Assembly: GCF_963921235.1 (NCBI RefSeq)
Contig: NC_086101.1
Location: 53,506,001-53,570,000, forward strand
Length of the DNA stretch: 64,000 nucleotides
Source of the DNA: Mobula hypostoma
Lineage: Eukaryota
Reading direction: 5' to 3'
The position numbers were made by a program, and so were the translations under genes. Each line of letters starts with the position of its first letter. The stretch's first letter is position 1. Positions 12,221-23,826 of the stretch are shown here, in pieces. The notes beneath the pieces are model-generated. The model had not been told where the DNA came from. It saw only the letters and a program-made list of their open reading frames with translations, and searched no databases.

Positions 12221-12642
12221 TGATTATTGCTCCCTTCTTCCCCCCAGATTAATATTCTGTGCATCCAATGTTCTAACACCATTCCTACTTCCAGGGCTTG
12301 TCTAACCTAGCCTTGTAAAGTACATTGCAAACTTCATAACCCCATTTTTTTTTATTGGCATCTCATAGTTGGCCATGCTTGCACGAGTTCAGTTTTTCAC
12401 ACTACTTTAACCAAAATCATGTGGACTTTGATAGTTGAAGTGGAAGAGTAGCAAACAGATTAAGGTTAAATTGTCTTTTCAAGCTCCAGAAGAGGTTACC
12501 ACATAGAAGGACAGACCAACCCAAGTAGAAGCAAATTGTGTTTTACACTCTAGCCGTGTGGATACTTTTATGGAAAAGAAACTCAAAGGCATCGTATTGT
12601 TCATAATTTCTGAGCTATGACACAGTGTTACAGTCAATGTAG
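12221..12642 (+). repeat. Local duplicate: 12221-12349 matches 15467-15594(+); 12372-12642 matches 14248-13978(-)
   Basis: Hand alignment; the second block is gap-free over 271 nt with 66 mismatches. Confidence 0.9.
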
Positions 12643-13289
12643 ATTATGTTAACACAAAATATTAAAATAAATAGTGTCAATGTAACCATTCAAACTGTAT
12701 TGATACAACAAAGGTTATATCATAAATGTAAGATTTTCTTTCTGCTGACTGCAGGTTTAACGTTACTAAGGTCAAAGACAAGAATTTATAGTGGACGGGG
12801 AAGGAGATAGTTAATGCTGGAAGATTTCTCAACAATTACAAACATCTGGAAGGAATCCTTTATTTAAAAAAAAACACTAAGTTGTATAATGTTAATCGAG
12901 GATTATGCCATCTCTTGAATGCTGGCTGATTCTGGTATTCGTTAATCTTTTCAGCAAGATTGAAATGAGGGTTTGAAGTACCAGTGGAGTATAACTTTAT
13001 TTAATTGTTAGTTCTATCTATTAAAAAAAAACTTTTTCCTCCATTATTTCCCCAGCAATATCAGGATCAAAAACAGACTTATTACCACTGACATGTTAGT
13101 GAAAGATGGCATCGGACTTGTTGTATTGTGGCAGCAACACAATGTAAACATGTAAAAATATCTGTAATCTACAAAACAAAGAGTACAAAAAGGAGTTGAA
13201 AACACTCGTGATCGATCATTTATCTTACATTTCTATACATTAGCAGTGATACTTTCATGTTCCGTAATCCACCCATAAAATTCTCACTT

Positions 13290-14366
13290 TTACAAAATGC
13301 TGCTTCATAGTTCAGGGATTATGAACAATACTGCATCACTGGGTTTCCTTTCTTTAAAAGCTCTCCACAGTTCGTGGAGCACTCTATTTCGCCAGGTTAA
13401 CCCCAAATGAAGTGGGAATTTTGCCATCCTTTTCTGTATGACCCTGTAGCACTTCCTCAGGTTCACCACTAAATTTAAACTATAGCAGCCAATATGGGGC
13501 TTAGTTGTGCTGCAGTGGGATTATCACTTCCCAGGAAGTGAGAATCAGTAAGGAGATTGAAGAGCTCTGGAGTTCCTATAAATTCTTCTCAGTGCATTGG
13601 AAGATTGAGCAAATCAAAGTCACTGTACTTCTCGGACAAACATTCAGCATTGAGGCCCTGCATTCCACGCAGTCCATGAGGCAGGCCATGTCACTCCCAA
13701 GCCTAACACTAGACTTGCAGATCTCTTTATGCAGAACTTCCCCACAGGAAATTATTATGACATGGACAGTGTAAAAGATTCAGGAATGTCCTCAATTACT
13801 CTTTGGAAAAATTGCAACATCCTCCCTACTCCTGGGAAGGACTGCTAAAAGTAGAGAAGGACCACTTGGGTTGGCATTGAGAACATCAAGTCCATGTGTG
13901 TGAGGCACATTGGCAACCCTGCATAAATAGTGAGAGCACCATTCCCTCGTTACAGCTTTCCCACATATTCTGGCTCACTGCATTGGCTGTAACATTGTTT
14001 CTTAGTTCAGAAATCAGGGACGATACTATGCTATCAGGCTTCTTTTCTTTAAATGTATCCATGAAGCTGGAATATAAATCATCATTTGCTTCTGCTTGAG
14101 TTGGTGTGTCTTTCTATGTGGCAGCTGCTTCCGGAGCTTGAAAAGATGACTTGCCTTTGATCTGTTTGCTGCTTTTCCACTTCAACTCCTGAAACCTATT
14201 CACTTTTGGTTAAAGTAGTGTAAAAGACTGAATCTGTCCAAGCATGGCTGTCCTGTCCTCTTCTTGCAGGAATTGACAGGCAGATGAACTCCATCCCCAA
14301 TTATTATACTGACAAAGACATTCCAAATTGACGTTCTTTAATGTAACAACTGGCAGTAGGGTAAAA
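13290..14366 (-). pseudogene. Putative decayed coding fossil of unknown family with an internally repeated module
   Basis: Stop-interrupted reading NLECLCQYNNWGWSSSACQFLQ...ELKWKSSKQIKGKSSFQAPE...DTFKEKKPDSIVSSLISELR, with echoes LHCPCHNNFLWGSSA and AFKERKPSDAVLFIIPEL downstream. Confidence 0.4.
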
Positions 14367-14421
14367 CTGACAGAAAGAAAAACATACAATCAAAAGGTGT
14401 CCAAATTCCCATTATGGTAAG

Positions 14422-14952
14422 TGTTGTAGCGTGGATGAAATCACTGGAGAGACAGAGTCACTGGTAGATACAAAGCAGCTTCTTTATTCGACACAAGGTA
14501 CAGCAGGCATCATACGGACGGAGACGATCTCCGTAGAAAGGTCTGCTAGTTCAATGTGGGCTCAATATTTATACGCTAAACACAAAGGCAATCACTACTT
14601 AAAAAGTTATAGACAATGCATAGACAATGCTTCCTATTGAAGCTACATACATCCTTTCCTTCCGACGCCAACATGTCTGGGTTGGTATCCACGGCCTTTA
14701 AGAATGTAAGTTAAGTCTACAATACATTTATTTGGCATTTTCTGTGCTAACATAGAAGACAATTAATATTTATAATGCATAGTTAATATTGTCTTCAAAA
14801 CTACAGCATCAGGTCAAACTACGGTGCCAGAAGCATCTGGTATTCACACCCTTTTAGGAAGCGCATTGTCAAACAGTTAAAATAGAAGTCTGGTGGCCAA
14901 AGTCATTTAAGTGTAAAAAAATCATCTACCCAAAAAAAAACTCACTCTAACA
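14422..14952 (-). mobile_element. Solo LTR, 531 bp
   Basis: TGTT...AACA ends; perfect 5-bp TSD GTAAG (14417-14421, 14953-14957); minus-strand TATAAA (14573-14568) upstream of AATAAA (14488-14483). Confidence 0.92.
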
Positions 14953-16399
14953 GTAAGTATAAGGCAAGCATTAAGTATACCACAAATGATACAAAATAAT
15001 ACACAAGATACTGCACACAAATAAGTTCCAAATATATTATAAACATAGGCTACTGGTAAGCAAGTTGTTGCTACATACAATGTATCTTATGCACATTTTC
15101 TCAATCAGTTTAGCCAGAACATGTGGCCCGCATGAATATTCCATCTGTATTTTATCTGCACACAAACTGTTCACATATCTCTGATTTGTGGAAATATGTA
15201 TATACATCAATAAATAATAAACCCAAAGATTACTTTTACATACCGGCGATGCTTTCAAAGACCTGAACGTCAGGATGATGTCGGATGAAAAGGCACAAGC
15301 TCTCCCTCAACTCTACATGGAGAACTGTCTCGATGCCTACTGTTGATGTCATCAACTAGAGACACAGATCACATGACCTAAATGACTGCTATACAAAACT
15401 ACCAGCAAAGGGTGCTAAATGACAAATAAAATAACTGACTACTAAGGCAGCACAATGGCGAACTATTGATTATTACTCCTTCCTTCCCACCAGATCAATA
15501 TTCTGTGCATCCAACATTCTACTCCCAATCCTATTTTCACACCCTGTCTAACCCAGCCACTAAAGTGCATTCCAAACTTCATGACCCTATTTTTGTCTCT
15601 ACAGGAGCCAAAAGGCACAGTGCTACTTTTCTCCCAGTTCTTTTTTTCTCCCATTACTATCCTTGCCAGTCTTGTTATTGAACTGCAGAATAATGAGCTA
15701 AATCAGTACAATCTGTTCCTGAGTGTACCTTATTGGCCCAAATCACCATTTATCTAAATGACACCAAGAGACACTTCAGGAAGAATGGTGGGGAGAGGAG
15801 TGAAACTAGAGGTTGGAGGCTGAAATAACCTGGTGCTGGAAGGTAAGTAGTGGATATCAAAAGATGAACACCATGGTATCTAGTCATAAGGAGTCTTCAT
15901 TAGCTTGGTTTGAGTAATCATTCAGCTGGCTTGGTGAAAAGTAAATCCAAAAATTCAACAATCTCTTAATGCATCTTTCAGACTGCATTGGCTGCACAAG
16001 CCCTCCAAGAAGCATTCTTTTTGAAACCACCAGACTTCTAGCTGCATTCAAACCCTTGTAGCAGCCTGTTCCTTCCCCTTTTGTCACTTCAGCGATGAAA
16101 GTTATGCAGAGGGGCTGACAGTCTCTCACAATAGAGAAGCTACTGGAAGGACTCTGCTACAGTTTCGATGTTTACAAACATCTTTTGATGGAGTAATGAA
16201 ATAAAGTAATAGTAGATTTTTATGCTTTTAACACTGCCACACATGAGCCCAAATGAACTGGCCGTTAATAAGTGTATGGTTGTATATTACATTCCCAGTA
16301 TCTTTTCCTGTTTCTTCAGAAGTGGCAAACACAGGGTAAATGAATTGCAAAGCAGGTTAAGACCATTATAAACAGGATCAGTGTTTAAGTGTTCCTGCA

Positions 16400-16905
16400 T
16401 CAATTTATCTGATGTACCATAGAGAGCATGCTAACTCACTGTCTGGTAAGGGGGGAGGAGGAGGGTGGCTACTGCGCAGGATTGAGGTAAACTGCAGAGA
16501 GTTGTAAACTTAGTCAGATCCATCATGAGCACTAGCCTCCGTAGTATCCAAGACATCTTCAAGGGGCAATGCCTCAAAAAGGCAGCGTCCTTCATTAAGG
16601 ACCCCCCTCACCCAGGTCATGCCTTGTTCTCATTGCTACCATCTGGAAGGAGGCACATACTCAATGATTCAGGAAAAGTTTCTGCCCCTCTGCCGTCTGA
16701 TTTTGGAATGGACATTGAACCCATGAACACTACCTCACTACGTTTTAAAATTTCTATTTTTGCACTATTTATTTAATTTATCTATTTGATATATATCAAC
16801 TTTCTGCAATTCACAGTTTTTTCCCTTTTATTATGTATTGCTGCCACAAAGTCCAGAAACTTCACATCATATATTTGTAGTATTAAACCTGCTTCTGATC
16901 TGATT
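16400..16905 (+). mobile_element. Rex1/Babar 3' fragment
   Basis: CLKKAASFIKDPPHPGHALFSLLPSGRR; tail attaaacctgcttctgatctga. Confidence 0.88.
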
Positions 16906-18086
16906 TTAAAGGATCATGTTATGTTTGATATAGAGGCCTTGACAGGAAAATGGAAGTAAATTATTTTGGAAGGTGAAGGGAAGAGGTTTAGATAGCAGTG
17001 TTTTGCAATGCACTTTCTGAGAGGTGCCTCTAGGGAGTGAAAAAACAACAATCAATTCACAAAAGAGCTATTGCTTTATAACCTAATTACACCTGCATGG
17101 TCTGGTGTTGACCCATGATTACATCAACCTTACTGCATCAGGTTGATCACACAGAGCATTATGGGTACCACCTGGTCAGCGCAGTAAAGCATTCACTGTG
17201 AGTGACACTATTTACTTTAGACTGCCAGTGATGCTATCTGGAGCAGTAGCACAAACAATGGCTGGTCATTTGCACTTTTATATTTGCTAGGCAAACTAGC
17301 TGGCTTTCTTGTGAACCTCCTGACCCATGCCTGACCTCTGTAATTGTGGGCCGCGACCTTTTGTGTTCTTTCATCAATGTTTGCAAAGGGACCTGTCAGA
17401 ACGTGTCGCCATCACTTGCAGGCTGCAAGGTCAGGAACAGCATGAGATTCTCAACTTCCTGTTGAAAGAAATAAGAGAGAGAAAGAGGTAGGGGAAGGGA
17501 AAATGAAAGAAAACCAGCTGTGGTTTGGGGTGACTCCCTTCACCTTCTTGCATAAATAGCACAATCAAATTACCTCACCCAGAGGTGCACTGTCAGGCCA
17601 AAGCTGATGGGTCAGTGCTTGCTGTAATGCCTGCTGAATTAAGTGCAAAGCAATGGGAGATAATGTTTCAGAAGGTAATTACATCATACTCCAGAGCAAA
17701 TAATAGGTACCACATATTTGAATGTGTGATGTAAAAATTACACTTGTAGTAAAGGTATACTTTTGCTGATGAACTATTGTCAGATTTTTGTTGCCAATTC
17801 CAAGCAGAATAGCATAATTAATTTAGGAAAATATTCTCAATCAGCAGTTTAATGTATGATGGTGAATTTCTGGTTAATGTCACCTGATTGGGAAAATTCC
17901 AGAACTGCAGACTTTGCAGGATTTTCACAGCACCTTTATCAGAATCAGAATCAGTTTACTATCACTGCCATGTGTCGTGAAATCTAATAATTTATTTTCA
18001 AAAAATCAGACAAGTTTATTTCCACTTCATCAAACAAGTTCATTAGCTTGACACAGCGATATTGGAATTAATACGTGGACTTCACA

Positions 18087-18570
18087 CATCATGTTTGCTG
18101 TTGTGTGCTGGGGCAGCAGGCTGAGGGTAGCAGACACCAACAGAATCAACAACTCATCCGTAAGGCCAGTGATGTTGTGGGGATGGAACTGGACTCTCTG
18201 ACGGTGGTGTCTGAAAAGAGGATGCTGTCTAAGTTGCATGCCATCTTGGTCAATGTCTCCCATCCACTACATAATGTACTGGGTGGGCACAGGAGTACAT
18301 TCAGCCAGAGACTCAATCCACCGAGATGCAGCACAGAGCGTCATAGGAAGTCATTCCTGCCTGTGGCCATCAAACTTTACAACTCCTCCCTTGGAGGGTC
18401 AGACACCCTGAGCCAATAGGCTGATCCTGGACTTATTTCTTAATTTACTGGCATAATTTACATATTACTATTTAACTATTTATGGTTCTATTACTATTTA
18501 TTATTTATGGTGCAACTGTAATGAAAACCAATTCCCCCCGGGATCAATAAAGTATGACTATGACTATGAC
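18087..18570 (+). mobile_element. Young Rex1/Babar-type 3' fragment with (TATGAC)n tail
   Basis: LIRKASDVVGMELDSL...HPLH...TERHRKSFLPVAIKLYNSS; near-identical copy at 54347-54777(-). Confidence 0.9.
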
Positions 18571-18678
18571 AACTTGCTCCACTCCCTGACACTGATCAAA
18601 AATCATTACTCTGGAGGATGAAAACTCTGCCTTTGCTGGAGAGAGTTTTGTGGAGTTTTAATCTCATTATAAAACATA

Positions 18679-18718
18679 CAGTACTGTGCTAAAGGCTTGA
18701 GCACACATAGACACACAG

Positions 18719-18761
<43 letters not shown>

Positions 18762-18803
18762 TAGATATACAGTATATAGATAGATAGGGTTTGTACAGTA
18801 TTG
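18679..18803. mobile_element. Tc1/mariner-like MITE relic containing (CA)n
   Basis: TA-CAGTACTGTGCTAAAGGCTTGAGCAC ... TTTGTACAGTATTG-TA. Confidence 0.65.
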
Positions 18804-19218
18804 TACTTATCAATGTGGAGCAGAGTGGGAGTCTGTAAATCTTGTGGGAGCAAAGGATGTTGGGAATGGTGAGGGTGGAATGCCACAGGAGGGCTGTGGG
18901 ACGGGTGGCAGAGAAGGAATGCAGAGTTGAAGGGAAGTGTGGCCTGGGTGCAGACACACCTAGCCTTGAGATGCTAGGCAAGGTCATTTGATTCCAAACA
19001 ATTGTTTTATTAATCATTACAAAATGTCTCTCCGGTGTTTTCCATTCCCAACACTCTCCCTTCCACTTTTCCCAACTATGACTCACCTCTCCCTGCCCCT
19101 TTCCCACACTCAGTCCACAATAGAGACCCATATCAGAATCAGGTTTATCATCACTCACATATGTCATGGTTTGTTTTTATTTTGGAGCAGTAATACAGTG
19201 CAATGCATAAAATTACTA

Positions 19219-19283
19219 CAGTACAGTGCAAAAGTCTTAGGCATATATATAGCTAGGGTGCCTTAGACTTTTCAACAGTACTG
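19219..19283. mobile_element. 65-bp Tc1/mariner-like MITE
   Basis: TA-CAGTACAGTGCAAAAGTCTTAGGCA...TGCCTTAGACTTTTCAACAGTACTG-TA: inverted termini and TA TSD. Confidence 0.85.
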
Positions 19284-19289
19284 TAGCAC

Positions 19290-19530
19290 AGAACAGAAAA
19301 TCCACTTTAGCCCACAATGTTGTGCTGACTCTTTAAACTACTTCAAGATCAATGTAACTCTTCTCTACCATGTAGCCATCCATTTTTCTTTCACCTATCT
19401 TTTTCCTCATAAGACATGTTCCCTAATCCAGGCAATATCCTGGTAAATCTCCTCTGCACCCTCTCTAAAGCATCCACATCCTTCCTATAATGAGGTGACC
19501 AAAACTGATTACAATATTCCATCATGTATC
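19290..19530 (-). mobile_element. CR1 LINE 3' fragment
   Basis: EYCNQFWSPHYRKDVDALERVQRRFTRILPGL. Confidence 0.85.
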
Positions 19531-19582
19531 CATTTGCTGGGTAATCATCCCTCTCATTCGTGAAGATGAAGACTGGCCTGAT

Positions 19583-19880
19583 CATAGAAACATAGAAAAT
19601 AGGTGCAGGAGTAGGCCATTCGGCCCTTCGAGTCTGCACCGCCATTTATTATGATCATGGCTGATCATCCAACTCAGAACCCCGCCCCAGCCTTCCCTCC
19701 ATACCCCCTGATCCCTGTAGCCACAAGGGCCATATCTAACTCCCTCTTAAATATAGCCAATGAACTGGCCTCAACTGTTTCCTGTGGCAGAGAATTCCAC
19801 AGATTCACCACTCTCTGTGTGAAGAAGTTTTTCCTAATCTCGGTCCTAAAAGGCTTCCCCTCTATCCTCAAACTGTGACC
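19583..19880 (-). mobile_element. CR1 (HER1-like) 3' end, young
   Basis: RIEGKPFRTEIRKNFFTQRVVNLWNSLPQETVEA; (TTCTATGT)n-type tail. Confidence 0.92.
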
Positions 19881-20799
19881 GGAGTTGAAAATTGCTTGAG
19901 GTACCTGGGGTTTAGTTTATTGCACAGCCTCACTAGTCCTTTTTTTAATTGGAACCTATAGTAATTATATTTATGTCTTGCACTGTACTGTTGTCACAAA
20001 ACATCAAACTTCACAAGATACGTCAGTGATAATAAATCTGATTCTAATTCTGCTTGAGTTGCGAGGTGACTCTTTAACCCTTGTTGTTACCGCTTCAGCT
20101 GACTGCAGTCAAGTTCTCTTTAAAGCGTAAAATTCAAAGATCTTGCTGAGTTCCATGGAATTCCAAAGTGACCGACTGTTAAGAAATTCAGCCACTTAGA
20201 AGCATTTTGTTGCAATGCCATGCGAAGGAAAATCACCCCTTCTCTAGAGAGAAATGCAGTTGCAATCACTTCTGGGTTTAGTCACATTTAATCCACACAG
20301 GTGCTCACTTTAGGAACTGAAGCTTTGATTACATTGAATGTTAGCGTAGGGTTGAAGGGCAGAATGGCCTACTTCAGCTCCCATTCTCTTGTTTCATGTT
20401 CGTATGATTCATGCTAATATGAGGCTGAACTATTGGATGTGCGGAAACCGACATCGTTCTCCTTCATGATAATTCCTGTACTGCTGTGTCGAGGTAGTGA
20501 ACAGGTCTGATGAGCTAGGAATGAACTTGGCTGATTAAGTGGAACACTCAAGGTAGAAATATACCATGAAGCCTACAGTATTGGAATTTACCAAATCAGA
20601 TGATACTAACCAGAATTCTGATCATATTAACTCAGAACATTCAAGAATCTCACCCATTACTAATTAAACAGCTGGTTGAGAATCTTCCTAGATTAAATGT
20701 ACAATCTTGCTTGGAGAAGTGCCTGCAAATGGTGTTCCTGGTACAATCAGGATCCGAATCAGATTTATTATCACTGCCATTTGTTATTTATATATTGAT

Positions 20800-21040
20800 T
20801 GATTGATTGACCCTTTTGGCCCAACAAGCCACACCATCTAGCAATCCACCAACTTTAATCATGCCTAATCACGTGACAATTTATAATAACCAATTAACCC
20901 ATTGGTACATTTTTGGACAGTGGGAAGAAACTGGTCACAGGAAGGATGTACATTTTATAGACAGTGTCAGAATTGAACTCTGAGCTCCAATTCCCCAAGC
21001 TGTAATAGTGTCCCGTTGACTACTACACGACCGTGATGTC
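20800..21040 (-). mobile_element. HE1/V-SINE-like tRNA SINE relic
   Basis: caattaaccc...tttggacagtgggaagaaactgg...gaattgaactc (antisense B box); related copies at 24960, 29905, 45360. Confidence 0.65.
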
Positions 21041-21309
21041 CTATTTTGCAGCACAATACAATCCAAAGGCACAAAAATCTATAAACAACAAAATAAAATT
21101 TAAACAGGAATAACAAGATAATGTTTATGGGCTTACTTACCATTTAAAAATCTGATGGTGGAGGGGTTTAAGCTGTTCTTAAATCATTGAATTTTCAGGC
21201 TCCTTTGACTTGATGGTTGGTAGCGTTGTGCCCATGATGGAGCTGGCTGAGTCGAGGACCCTTAGCATCCTCTTTCAGTCTTACGCATTGAAGGCCCCAT
21301 ACCAGGTTG

Positions 21310-23095
21310 TATTAAACATATAACGAGTAAAAGAGTGGATATCAGATTGCTGGAAAATAACACTGCAGAAAAATAATGGGAGACAAAAAAAAAACAGGTC
21401 AGTTTAATAAATATCTTAGACCAGTCTTCACTATTGAAGACACTTGCAGAGTGCCAGAAATTTGAGAGTATCAGGCAGTAGAATTGAATGTAGTTGCAAT
21501 TACTAAGGAGAAGGTGCTTGAGAAGCTGGAAGGTCAGAAGGTAGATTAGTGACCTGGACCAGCTGGACTATATCCCAGGGTTCTGAAAGAGGTAGCTGAA
21601 GAGATTCTGGAGGCATTAGTAATGATCTTTCAAGAATCATTCGAGTCTGGAATTGTTCCAGAAGAAAACTGTAAATGTTATTCCACTCTTTAAGAAGGGA
21701 TGGAGGCTGAAGAAAGGAAATTGTAGGTCTATTAGTTTGACTTCTGTGGTTGGGAAGATGTTGGACTTCTGGTAAGATGGCGGCACATTTGAACGCAGCA
21801 GCCTTTCGGGGGCCAACCAAAGATGCACTATCCTTTTCAAAAATGTGTTTTTTAAGATTGTAAGGCTGTACTGGACTCCAAGACGATGGGTACAGCAGTT
21901 GTACTGCACCAGTGATCTGTTTGTTGTTCAGAGAAGCCGGCTGCGGTGTCAGAGGAGCTGGCAGATGGGTCGGGGAAGAAAAAGGCAGCAAACAGGTCAG
22001 AGAAGGAGAAACCATCAGATGGCTGGAGAAGGAGAAACCAGAGGTCTGGTCGGAGAGGATAAAGTCAGCTGATGCATCAGAGAAGGAGAAGCTGGCAGAT
22101 GGGCCGGGACAAGGTTCAGAGGAGCTGACCTGGGTTCAGACCGTGCTGTGGCCTGCTACTCAAAGACATCAGAGTTGGTGCATGAAAGCAGCATGCAGCA
22201 TAACTGTGAGTGACTGTCTTCGACGTTTTTCTTGTGATCACAAGATCCTATTGTACATTGATAATACAAGGCCTGTTTCCTTTGTTTGATGGTGAGACAG
22301 GTGATGAGGAAGTAGCATGGCCTCAGTTGTAGCAAGGACTAGGCCTCAAGACATGGGCTTGCCTGCTGCTGCAGTCCAGATGAGGAGATGCTAGAGCGGT
22401 GTAGCATGGCGTCCGTGCTTGGTTGGGGACTGGCCTATCCTGTCGGTGCTGCCCACTAGTGGTCAATCAGTGGATTGACAGGCTGGTTTGCCTGGAGCTG
22501 TACAATCAATTTGCATGAATGTCAGGGCTTTGGACGATATATGTGTTTTTGTTTCCTCATTCTTTTGAAAGTATGTTATGTGCCTTGGCCTCAGAGGAAT
22601 GCTGTATCATTTGACTGTATCCATGTATAGTTTGAATGATAATTAAACTTCATTTGATTTGATTTGAGTCCATTATTAAGGATGAGATTTCAGGGTACTT
22701 GGGGGCAAATGATAAAATAAGCTAAAGTCTGCATGATTTGCTTAAGGGGAATTCTTGCCTGACAAATCTGTTGGAATTCATTGAGGAATTAGCAGACAGG
22801 ATAGACAAAAAAGAGTCAGTGGATGTTGTTTACTTGGATTTTCAGAAGGCCTTTGACAAAGTGACCACATGGAGCTGCTTAACAAGATAAGCTCCCATGA
22901 TATCATGGGATAGATACTAGCATGGGTAGAAGATTGGCTGAATTGCAGGAGGCAAAGAGTAGAAATAAAGGGAGTCTTTCCAGTTGGCTGCCAGTGACTA
23001 GTGATGCTCTGCATTGGTCAGTGTTAGAACCATTACTTTTCATGTTCTATGTCAATGATTTGGATGATGGAATTGATGGCTTTGTAGCCATTTGT
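21310..23095 (+). mobile_element. CR1 ORF2 fragment, split by a family B insert
   Basis: Collinear with CR1 at 32290-33130; gggaagatgttgga|gtccattattaaggatgag rejoins across 21766-22667; MFYVNDLDDGIDGFV. Confidence 0.9.
21764..22667 (+). mobile_element. Non-coding retroposon family B, copy 1
   Basis: Head GACTTCTGGTAAGATGGCGGC; tail aattaaacttcatttgatttgatttga; end-to-end homology with 57975-58797. Confidence 0.85.
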
Positions 23096-23379
23096 GGTTG
23101 TTTGTTGTGACTCAACTAGCCAATCACAGCCATTCTCCATGAAAGGAATCCACTCTAACATCCCAGTTAAGCCCCATGGCACAGCAGGTGGTGAAGGGGG
23201 CAAGATTATGATGTCTGGAAGCCCCTCAGAATATGTGAGTCCTAGACTGGCCTCTATAGCCACCTGAAAACCAAACAATAGACAACCCCTTTAGAGAAAA
23301 TCATACTCGATTTAAGTGAGTGCACTCCTACTGCTGTTGTTCTGTGTTGAACTAATCTGCACAGTGATCGTTCACAACT

Positions 23380-23826
23380 TTCTAAGTTACAGAGAAAGGT
23401 TGAACAAGTTAGGTCTTTATTCTCTGGAGCATAGAAGGTTGAGGGGAGACTTGACAGAGGTGTTTAAAATTATGAGGGGGATTGATAGAGTTGACGTGGA
23501 TGGGCTTTTTCCATTGAGAATGGGGGAGATTCAAACAAGAGGACATGAGTTGAGAGTTAAAGGGCAAAAGTTTAGGGGTAACATGAGGGGGAACTTCTTT
23601 GCTCAGGGAGTGGTAGCTGCTGGAATGAGCTTCCAGCAGAAGTGGTGCAGGTTCGATGTTGTCGTTTAAAGTTAAATTGGATAGATATATGGACAGGAAA
23701 GGAACGGAGGGTTATGGGCCAAGTGCATAACCCTGAGAGGTGAGAGTAAGAGTTTGGCATGGACTAGAAGGGCCAAGATGGCCTGTTTCCATGCTGTAAT
23801 TTTTATATGGTTATATGGTTATATGG
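23380..23826 (+). mobile_element. CR1 3' end with (TATGGTTA)n tail
   Basis: LSYRERLNKLGLYSLEHRRLRGDLTEVFKIMRG...TRGHELRV. Confidence 0.92.

Noticed and set aside
13430-13640. Weak resemblance of a minus-strand peptide (DLLNL...AQLSPIL...FGVNL) to filovirus nucleoprotein
   Set aside because: Needs a large insertion and a frameshift; too few identities to assign.
21930-22110. Short repeats with variable spacers (CRISPR-like)
   Set aside because: Degenerate GGAGAA minisatellite inside a vertebrate retroposon; no cas genes.
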